A DNA stretch of 64,000 nucleotides from Candidatus Magasanikiibacteriota bacterium. GTDB taxonomy: Bacteria > Patescibacteriota > Patescibacteriia > Magasanikbacterales > GWA2-37-8. A program made the position numbers and the translations under genes. This document shows, in pieces, positions 57,397-64,000 of this stretch. The stretch covers positions 2,015-66,014 of the forward strand of contig JACOYB010000006.1 in assembly GCA_016182085.1 (NCBI GenBank), given 5' to 3'. The notes beneath the pieces are model-generated. The model was not told where the DNA came from. It searched no databases and saw nothing but the letters and a program-made list of their open reading frames with translations. Within the stretch, counting starts at the first letter, position 1. The number at the start of each line of letters is the position of its first letter.

Positions 57397-58998
57397 TTAT
57401 AATGGAAGTTGGCTTGAACCTTCCGTAGGTTGTTCGGTCGGGGCCGGTTGTTTTGGCTGAATAAATTTATCAAATCCTTGCGGCAATTCCACTCGTCTGA
57501 ATTGTTGTGGGCCTTGTTCCCAAGGCAGCTCGTCTTCTTTCCCGGTTAGATCCTCAATTTTGCTTTCAAACTCTTGTTTTATATTTTCTAAGTCATCCAA
57601 AGCATCGCTAACCATGTCGGTGTCTACGGGCTTGGTTTTTAAGAGGTTGAGAACTTCTACGCCCTTTTCGTTCGCTTGGGCAAGAATAGATTCTAGTTCG
57701 CTAGTATCTACTTTTTTTCTCTTTAAGTTTTTAATAGTGAGATTGGCTTGAGCCATGCCTCGCTTGAATTCGGAATTAAAGCGGCCTAAATTGCTCATTG
57801 TCATTATGACTCTTTGATATTGCCAAACATCATCCATTTGGCCAAAGAAATCATCTTCCAAAGCAGAAAATGCTTCTTCCGAGTTGCCAGCCTTCATTTT
57901 AGCTACAGCATCATCACGAACACTTTTTAGTTTGTTTACAGCTTCTTCAAAAGCTGTGTATTCGCTCTGAACATCTATGCCTTTTTTAGCCAGAGTGGCT
58001 ACAGTTAATTTTGCTCGTTTTAAAGCGGCGGATAGTTGAGCTAATTGACGATCAATTTGTTTTAAGGTTTGTGGCCAGCGAGCCAAAACCTCCAATTGTT
58101 GGCGGTCTTCGTCAAATGTCTCCATCATATCTCGCATTGATTCCATTTCTTCCTGCACATCTTCAAAAGATGTTGCGTTTTTGACCTTATCAACCACAGA
58201 ACGAAGTTTGGCTACATGTTCGGTAATATCAGTAGGCACGGTTATGCCTTTTTTAGACAGAACGGCTAGCTGTCTCTCAAACATTTTGAGCCCTGTTTCC
58301 ATGCCTTTCATGCCGCGTTTCATGCCTTCTATTTGTTGCGCCTTTTCAAAAATTTCTCTTCTGGCATCTTCTAGATAGCGCATTAAAACTTGCACCTCGC
58401 TTATATCAACGTCTTCCAAGCCTTCAGCGCTCGTGGCATTTTGGATTTTATCAAGCAGAGTCTTTAGGTCGCTTAATTTTTGTTTTACTTCTTCAGGAAC
58501 AGCCGTGCCTTTTTTTTCGGCGCTGGCGATCATTAGTTCAAATTGCTTGACTTGGCGGGCCATTTGTTTCATCCCTCTTTTTATTTGCTCCAATTGTCTG
58601 CCATCATTTTGTCCGCCCATCATGCCTTGATTCTGGCTAGGGTCATAATTTGGCGGCATTTGGCCTGGGTACTGTTTATATTGATCGCCAGATGGGGGCA
58701 TCATGCCTTGAGGCGGCATTGGGTATTGCCCTTGGTTTGGATCTTGGGGGTACATTGTTCCCTGGGGAGGCATTGGATATGTCTGATCGGAGCCGCTTGG
58801 TGGAGGGGGCGGCATAGGAGAGGTAGGAGCCGGGGCAATGGTTGTATTGTCTTCGGCGTATACTTGGGTTGATCGTACGGCCTTAAACAGTACCTTAAGG
58901 CTTTGTGGTAATTCTAAATAAAAAGCGTGTGCTGGTTTTGCCATTAATGTGAACGCAAAAATAGCAAAAATTGATATTATTTTTGCAAAATGTTTCAT
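57397..58998 (-). CDS. Secreted protein with Pro/Gln/Met-rich linker and repeated helical domains
   Basis: Signal peptide AHA-F; repeats of KRGM....KKG..VP/V..L. Confidence 0.75.
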   Translation of the reverse strand: MKHFAKIISIFAIFAFTLMAKPAHAFYLELPQSLKVLFKAVRSTQVYAEDNTTIAPAPTSPMPPPPPSGSDQTYPMPPQGTMYPQDPNQGQYPMPPQGMMPPSGDQYKQYPGQMPPNYDPSQNQGMMGGQNDGRQLEQIKRGMKQMARQVKQFELMIASAEKKGTAVPEEVKQKLSDLKTLLDKIQNATSAEGLEDVDISEVQVLMRYLEDARREIFEKAQQIEGMKRGMKGMETGLKMFERQLAVLSKKGITVPTDITEHVAKLRSVVDKVKNATSFEDVQEEMESMRDMMETFDEDRQQLEVLARWPQTLKQIDRQLAQLSAALKRAKLTVATLAKKGIDVQSEYTAFEEAVNKLKSVRDDAVAKMKAGNSEEAFSALEDDFFGQMDDVWQYQRVIMTMSNLGRFNSEFKRGMAQANLTIKNLKRKKVDTSELESILAQANEKGVEVLNLLKTKPVDTDMVSDALDDLENIKQEFESKIEDLTGKEDELPWEQGPQQFRRVELPQGFDKFIQPKQPAPTEQPTEGSSQLPL

Positions 58999-59133
58999 AT
59001 ACGAAATGAGTGAGAGAGCTAAATTAAATGTGCTTAATTTAGTTCCGAACGAATGAGTATATACCTTAGTATATTCGAAATGAGTGAGAGAAAGAATTAA
59101 ATGTTTTAATTCTTTCCCAGTGTTTGAGCATAT
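58999..59133 (-). repeat. Two tandem start-codon-abutting hairpin cassettes
   Basis: Minus strand ACTCATTCGTTCGGAACTAAATTAA..TTAATTTAGCTCTCTCACTCATTTCGTAT-ATG plus an upstream copy. Confidence 0.85.
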
Positions 59134-59279
59134 ACCTGAAGTATATGCGTTTTAAAAAAGAAGCTGATTAGATATATAGCCGCAGAAGCGGCAACGACCT
59201 TTTAGGAGATTTATTTTACGATAAAAGTATTATACCATAAATTTTGAAAAAAATCAAGGTCTATTCTAGCTAAAGTTTG

Positions 59280-59696
59280 TTATTTTGTGTCTATGCTGTT
59301 ATAAATCTGGTGCAATTCCGATTTTGCTTGCGCATCATTGTCTGGGTAAAACAGCCAAACATTGTAAGTTTCATTTTTTGATTTAATAGTAAATTGTTCT
59401 TTGGTCGTATTACCTTCATCTCTGGCGCCGAAATCAGCCGAACGAAAAATTTCTATACGGCGCTCGCTATCTTTGCTTACAGTTAAGACCTTAAAATATT
59501 TGGAGTAGTCTTGCACGGAGTAATATGTTGGATAGTTAAAGCTAAGACCTGGAAAATAGTCAGAAGAAAAATTGTTTAGTTGATTTTTGGGAACGGGGTT
59601 GGAAACCGGAATTTTTCCGTAAAAAAAACTAAAATAAACACCGCCAATTATCAGTATGGCCAAAATTACGGGAAGTAGTATTTTTTTTGAAGGCAT
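59280..59696 (-). CDS. Membrane-anchored hypothetical protein
   Basis: N-terminal TM; GLSFNYP motif. Confidence 0.65.
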   Translation of the reverse strand: MPSKKILLPVILAILIIGGVYFSFFYGKIPVSNPVPKNQLNNFSSDYFPGLSFNYPTYYSVQDYSKYFKVLTVSKDSERRIEIFRSADFGARDEGNTTKEQFTIKSKNETYNVWLFYPDNDAQAKSELHQIYNSIDTK

Positions 59697-59845
59697 ATTT
59701 TTTAAATTTATTTATTGTTTATATTGTAGATCATTGTGTATTTTTAGGCAAACACCTTTTCTCCCCATTTCTTTAGTAAAAACATTTTTTCACCTTTCAT
59801 AATTAAAAATCATTTTTCTACCTTTTGTACAAACAAAAGGTAGAG

Positions 59846-60275
59846 CCCAAAATTGCCGAGCGGATACTCACCTGACGGTACTTCCATCGGTTCAATGTCG
59901 TTTTGGCGGTCAATCGGCATAGTCGCATGACCGCCAATCCCCCACCACTTTCATTTGAAAGTGGTGGGGGATCCCTCCATTTCACCGTGGCAAGTACGCG
60001 CAGGTTTGTATATGCTCGGATATCGAACCGTTGTCCCAACGGTGTCCGGTCGATACCCGAGCCTATGGACTTTGGCCGAACTGGCCACAGTGATGGCAAA
60101 CGGTTCCTCCAGCTTGACGGGAGGAATTTGTCCTGCTGTTTGAGAACACCTGTTATAGACAGGTGTTTGAGTTCAGGACAAAAGCGAGACAGAGCTGATG
60201 GCAGTTCGAGACAACAGTACATCCGCGAGGCAGTTTTGGGGTATCACCCCGTTTTGCTGACAAAATGGGGTGATA
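59846..60275. ncRNA. Candidate large structured non-coding RNA / structured element of unknown class
   Basis: Closing stem 59846-59865/60221-60240, at least five internal stems, 3' hairpin 60242-60275, flanking 18-bp IR 59768-59785/60290-60307. Confidence 0.6.
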
Positions 60276-60400
60276 AATCGTTGATAGAGATGTTTTTACT
60301 AAAGAAAGCGGCAAGGAGGGAGATCTTGGTGGTTAAAGAAGATGGGAAAAAGATAAAATAAAAAACCTCCTGTTGAGCAGGAAGTTTTTATTTAAGTAGT

Positions 60401-62242
60401 TTATACTTCTATAACTACGGGTAATATCATCGGTCTCTTTTCAGTTTTACTGAACAAGAATTGTCCCACGTAATCGCGCAATTTATTTTTTATACCATTG
60501 GTATCTGCCCAGGAAAGCGGATCGGAATCGGTTACCATCTTTTTTACGCGATGGCGTAAATCTTCTATTAGTTCCTTGTGTTCTTTGAGGAATACAAAGC
60601 CGCGGGAGATAATATCCGGGTTTTGGATCAGTTTGCCGGTTTTGCTGTCTACGGTGGCAATGATTACCACCATCCCGTCTTCAGCGAGTACTTGTCTATC
60701 GCGCAAGACGATATTGGTTTCATCGCTGACACCAAGACCATCCACAAATACATGATCCGAAGGCAGTTTTTCTTTGGTTAAGACGCCCATGCCGTTTTTA
60801 AATTCCATGACTTGTCCGTTGTCAGCAATAAAGATATTTTCTTTTGGTATGCCCATGGAAGCCGCTACTTTACCGTTTAAGCGCAACATGAAATGATTGC
60901 CGTGCTGTGGAATAAAGTATTTTGGTTTAAGCAGCGTGAGCATTAGTTTTACTTCATCAGCTTTGGCATGTCCGCCGGCGTGCACGTCCATCATTTCGTG
61001 ATGAATAACTTCCGCGCCTTTTCTAAATAAGGTGTCCTTCAAGCGCTGCACCGTGCGTTCGTTGCCCGGGACAACTGAAGAGGAAAATACGACCGTATCG
61101 CCCGGAACTAATTTGATGTCCCTATGTTCACCGGTAGCGATACGCATAAGAGTCGCGTTTTTTTCTCCTTGGGCGCCGGTACAAATAATCACCACTTTAT
61201 TTGGCGGGTATTTGTCCACCTGTTGCATATCAATCAGAATTTTGGGGTTAAATTTCATGTAGCCAAGTTCTTTGGCAATTTCTACATTGCTTTTCATGCT
61301 AAAACCGCCAAGCGCCACAACTTTGCCGTGTTTTTCGGACATTTCAATAAGCATTTTGATACGAGAAAGCAAAGAAGAAAAGGCGCCGATAATGATGCGG
61401 CCCGGCGCTTTTTGGATAAGATTTTCCAAATTAACACCAATTTCTGTTTCCGAAGTTTGGTGTCCAGGCATCATGGCATTGGTAGAATCGCTCATAAGCG
61501 CGAGCACGCCCTGGTCGCCAATTTTGGCGATGCGCTGTAAATCAGCCGGAGGTTCGCCAACCGGCTGGTAATCAAATTTCCAATCGCCGGTATGGATAAC
61601 CGTGCCTTCAGGAGTGCGAATCACTATTCCCATTGAATCAGGGATGTTGTGATTTACATGGAAAAATTCCACTTCAAATGAGCCAAGCTGCAGTTTGTCC
61701 GTAAGTTTTACGTTGTTGATGGAAAATTGACCGACATCTCTAAAGTCTTCTTGGCGTTTTTTGATAATACTGTTGGTCATCGGTAGGGCGTAAATAGGCG
61801 GATAGCCAATCTTTGGAATAAGGTGGGGAATGCCGCCGATATGGTCGTAATGACCATGAGTGATGATAACGCCGCGGATATGTTTTTCTTTACCTTTGAG
61901 GTAACCCATGTTGGGAATAATATAATCAATGCCGGGCATATCTTCTTCCGGAAATTGCAGACCCATATCCACAAGGATTATGTCCTCGCCATATTCAAAC
62001 ATGGTACAGTTGCGGCCAACTTCTTCCAGACCTCCGATTACCGCCACACGCAATTTTGTGTCTTGGGTTCTAAATCTGGCAAAAGACGGGGCTTCGGCCG
62101 GTTTTTTTATTATAGGTGTCCGGCCCGTTTGAAACGACCGTTTTTGTCTATTTTGCCCAGCCGCATGCGTGCCACCGAGACGGTTTACGCCAGCGTGCTG
62201 AGGCCGCATCTGATTTTGCGGACTTGATGAATATCTCATCAT
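60401..62242 (-). CDS. rnj: Ribonuclease J
   Basis: GGLEEVGRNC, THGHYDHIGG, HTGDWKFD, HAGGHA, RPMILPVVIEV. Confidence 0.97.
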   Translation of the reverse strand: MMRYSSSPQNQMRPQHAGVNRLGGTHAAGQNRQKRSFQTGRTPIIKKPAEAPSFARFRTQDTKLRVAVIGGLEEVGRNCTMFEYGEDIILVDMGLQFPEEDMPGIDYIIPNMGYLKGKEKHIRGVIITHGHYDHIGGIPHLIPKIGYPPIYALPMTNSIIKKRQEDFRDVGQFSINNVKLTDKLQLGSFEVEFFHVNHNIPDSMGIVIRTPEGTVIHTGDWKFDYQPVGEPPADLQRIAKIGDQGVLALMSDSTNAMMPGHQTSETEIGVNLENLIQKAPGRIIIGAFSSLLSRIKMLIEMSEKHGKVVALGGFSMKSNVEIAKELGYMKFNPKILIDMQQVDKYPPNKVVIICTGAQGEKNATLMRIATGEHRDIKLVPGDTVVFSSSVVPGNERTVQRLKDTLFRKGAEVIHHEMMDVHAGGHAKADEVKLMLTLLKPKYFIPQHGNHFMLRLNGKVAASMGIPKENIFIADNGQVMEFKNGMGVLTKEKLPSDHVFVDGLGVSDETNIVLRDRQVLAEDGMVVIIATVDSKTGKLIQNPDIISRGFVFLKEHKELIEDLRHRVKKMVTDSDPLSWADTNGIKNKLRDYVGQFLFSKTEKRPMILPVVIEV

Positions 62243-62313
62243 AACTTAATTATTTAATAATATCCTCGATTTAACCAAGGTTGAAATCGGGGGAGTTAAA
62301 ATTTTTATTTAAT

Positions 62314-62494
62314 GTGGACGAGGAGGGGCTTGGCTTCGACTAAAATTTTCTTCCGAAAATTTTGTCTAGCCACCCGTCCGAACGGATTCATCCGGGCGGG
62401 CCGCCTCACGGCCGCGCTCGCCCGCCTGCGTCGCGCGACATCGTTCCGGCGTTCTCGTCCCTCGCCGCAACACAAACTATTGTGTTGCTCTTAG
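62314..62494 (-). mobile_element. ~180-bp tRNA-3'-associated structured element, copy B
   Basis: Ends with 19-bp (1 mismatch) duplicate 62314-62332 of tRNA end 62494-62512; core homologous to 8334-8494. Confidence 0.75.
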
Positions 62495-62576
62495 TGGACG
62501 AGGAGGGACTTGAACCCTCAAGGATTGCTCCATACGCTTCTGAGACGTACGCGTATACCAGTTCCGCCACTCGTCC
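62495..62576 (-). tRNA. tRNA-Leu(CAG)
   Basis: GGACGAGTGGCGGAACTGGTATACGCG TACGT CTCAGAA GCGTA..GGTTCAAGTCCC..CTCGTCC A. Confidence 0.95.
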
Positions 62577-62608
62577 TTTGGGGAACGCAAGCGCGTTCCG
62601 CCGCTGAT

Positions 62609-64000
62609 TTAAAAGCCATTCCACTGGCGTTTGGTTTTTATGTACCAACTACCCAGATCATTGAATCTGTCCGACGGTGAAAATATTTGTTTAAATGTAA
62701 TGCCTTTTATTTTTTTATCCGCGACAAAGTTATACGTGGGGGTATACAGAAATATTGCCGGTATTTCTTTAATTAAAATTTCTTGGAATTTTTCATACAA
62801 CTGCGCGCGCACGGCTGGGGTGGTGGTAGCTCGAGCATCTTCCAGCAATTTATCAACTGTACGATTTACATATAGTGATAGGTTGAGCCCCGGGTATGCA
62901 ATTTGTGAAGAATGCCAGAATGGGTACGGATCAGGGTCGGCGCCGACAATTTCTCCGTAAAGCAACACTTCGTAATTTCTATCACGCAAGATGTCTTGAA
63001 CGATCTGGTAGCCGTTAATCGTCAGAATTGTTGTCTTAACTCCAACTGTTCGCCACATTTTAGCGATAGCTTCGGCAGCTAATTGGTATTCAGGACTATC
63101 TACGGTAGTAATGGCAACGGATAAAATTTCGTTACTTTTATTTTTTCTATAAAAGCTTTGGTCCGGGCTCATATCCTGGCGGATGGATTCGCTGATCTCC
63201 TCTTCTATTTTTTTAATTGCCGCTTCTATTTCTTCCGGAGGCGTGCTGGTATTTTCTTTAATTGCATCTATTTCATTTTGTTTGGCTTTAAGGCTGCTTT
63301 CGTATTGAGTTTTGAAAAAATCTTCAGGTTGAATTTTTGTCCAACTCTTATTTAACAACTGATTGGCTTTTTCAAGATCAAAGGCGGGAGTATTTGTAAC
63401 CGTGCCATAACTGGGCGCTCCTTTGAGGATAGGAGAATTGATAATTTCGCCTTTGCCGGCCAAGGCATCATCTACAATTTTATTTTTGTCCAAGGCAGTT
63501 TGTAAAGCCAAACGAAAATCATTATCCTTTAAGACTGGCGCGGTGTCAGGATTAAAGAATAGGGCGGTATATTGAGGCAGTTCAAATTGGTATGAGTCAA
63601 AATTTTTACCGACAATTTTTTCAGTTAAATCATTGGGAAGAAAACTGACAGCCATCACATTTTGGTTTTTAAGAAAACTGGCGGTATCGGTAAAGTCAAT
63701 ATAAAATTTAAAAACAAGCGTTTGTAAATAGGGCAATTTGTTGTAATATAATTCGTTCCGCTGCAAGGTGTAGCTTTGAATGTTGCCGGCCGAATTTGTG
63801 AGTTTGCTAAATTTCCAAGGGCCGGTGCCGATTGGCTGTAAATTGCTTTTTGATACCCGAATAGCCGAAGGAGGTAAATTACCCCACGTATGCTGTGGTA
63901 AAATTCCCAGTGTTAAGCTGTTTAAAAAGGGGGCAAATGGTTCTTTTAACGTGAAACGAACGGAATGGTCGCTGGTTTGTTCTATCTCAATACCTTGAAA
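62609..64000 (-). CDS. Peptide ABC transporter substrate-binding protein (family 5), 5' part outside window
   Basis: Frame stays open to the window edge (VRFTLKEPFAPFL, PIGTGPWKF); DPDPYPFWHSSQ, PAIFLY. Confidence 0.88.
   Translation of the reverse strand, partial: FQGIEIEQTSDHSVRFTLKEPFAPFLNSLTLGILPQHTWGNLPPSAIRVSKSNLQPIGTGPWKFSKLTNSAGNIQSYTLQRNELYYNKLPYLQTLVFKFYIDFTDTASFLKNQNVMAVSFLPNDLTEKIVGKNFDSYQFELPQYTALFFNPDTAPVLKDNDFRLALQTALDKNKIVDDALAGKGEIINSPILKGAPSYGTVTNTPAFDLEKANQLLNKSWTKIQPEDFFKTQYESSLKAKQNEIDAIKENTSTPPEEIEAAIKKIEEEISESIRQDMSPDQSFYRKNKSNEILSVAITTVDSPEYQLAAEAIAKMWRTVGVKTTILTINGYQIVQDILRDRNYEVLLYGEIVGADPDPYPFWHSSQIAYPGLNLSLYVNRTVDKLLEDARATTTPAVRAQLYEKFQEILIKEIPAIFLYTPTYNFVADKKIKGITFKQIFSPSDRFNDLGSWYIKTKRQWNGF

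Noticed and set aside
59818-60361. ORFs 59903..60361 (+) and 59818..60222 (-) as proteins
   Set aside because: Non-ATG starts, no SD, no recognisable motif, and the region is dominated by perfect stems; not formally excluded.

Overview
Core-genome segment of a Patescibacteria/CPR bacterium (Parcubacteria/ABY1-like, inferred from the CPR-type pilin array, the unlinked intron-bearing 23S and AT-rich SD-less starts); standard code 11. It holds a tandem pilin array, rpsO-NYN-pnp, a stand-alone 23S-5S operon with a group I intron, an amino-sugar operon (aldolase, HADs, N-terminal-only GlmU, glmS, yvcK, GNA1-like GNAT), rnc-nusB-rpmF, femAB, topA, dprA, pth, der, LCP, T-box-thrS, miaA, a GT4/sugar-transferase cluster, rnpB, rnj and nine intact tRNAs. 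The most unusual signals are non-coding: (1) a ~400-nt heavily base-paired region at 59.8-60.3 kb, closed by a long-range stem and bracketed by 18-bp inverted repeats; (2) one ~180-bp structured element behind two different tRNA-Leu genes, each copy ending in a duplicate of its own host's 3' end; (3) an intact tRNA-Arg(UCU) nested inside a CCCGCC..GGCGGG insertion that splits the anticodon of another copy, with the same insertion type in a third tRNA copy and in a 5S duplicate; (4) a hairpin cassette ending 3 nt before the ATG of four unrelated genes; (5) nested GTCAT..ATGAC palindromes inserted without frame disruption in topA, femAB, a GT4 gene and a DUF4012 gene. No transposase, integrase or CRISPR-Cas is visible in the window. 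All family calls are from motif recognition by eye; no database was searched.
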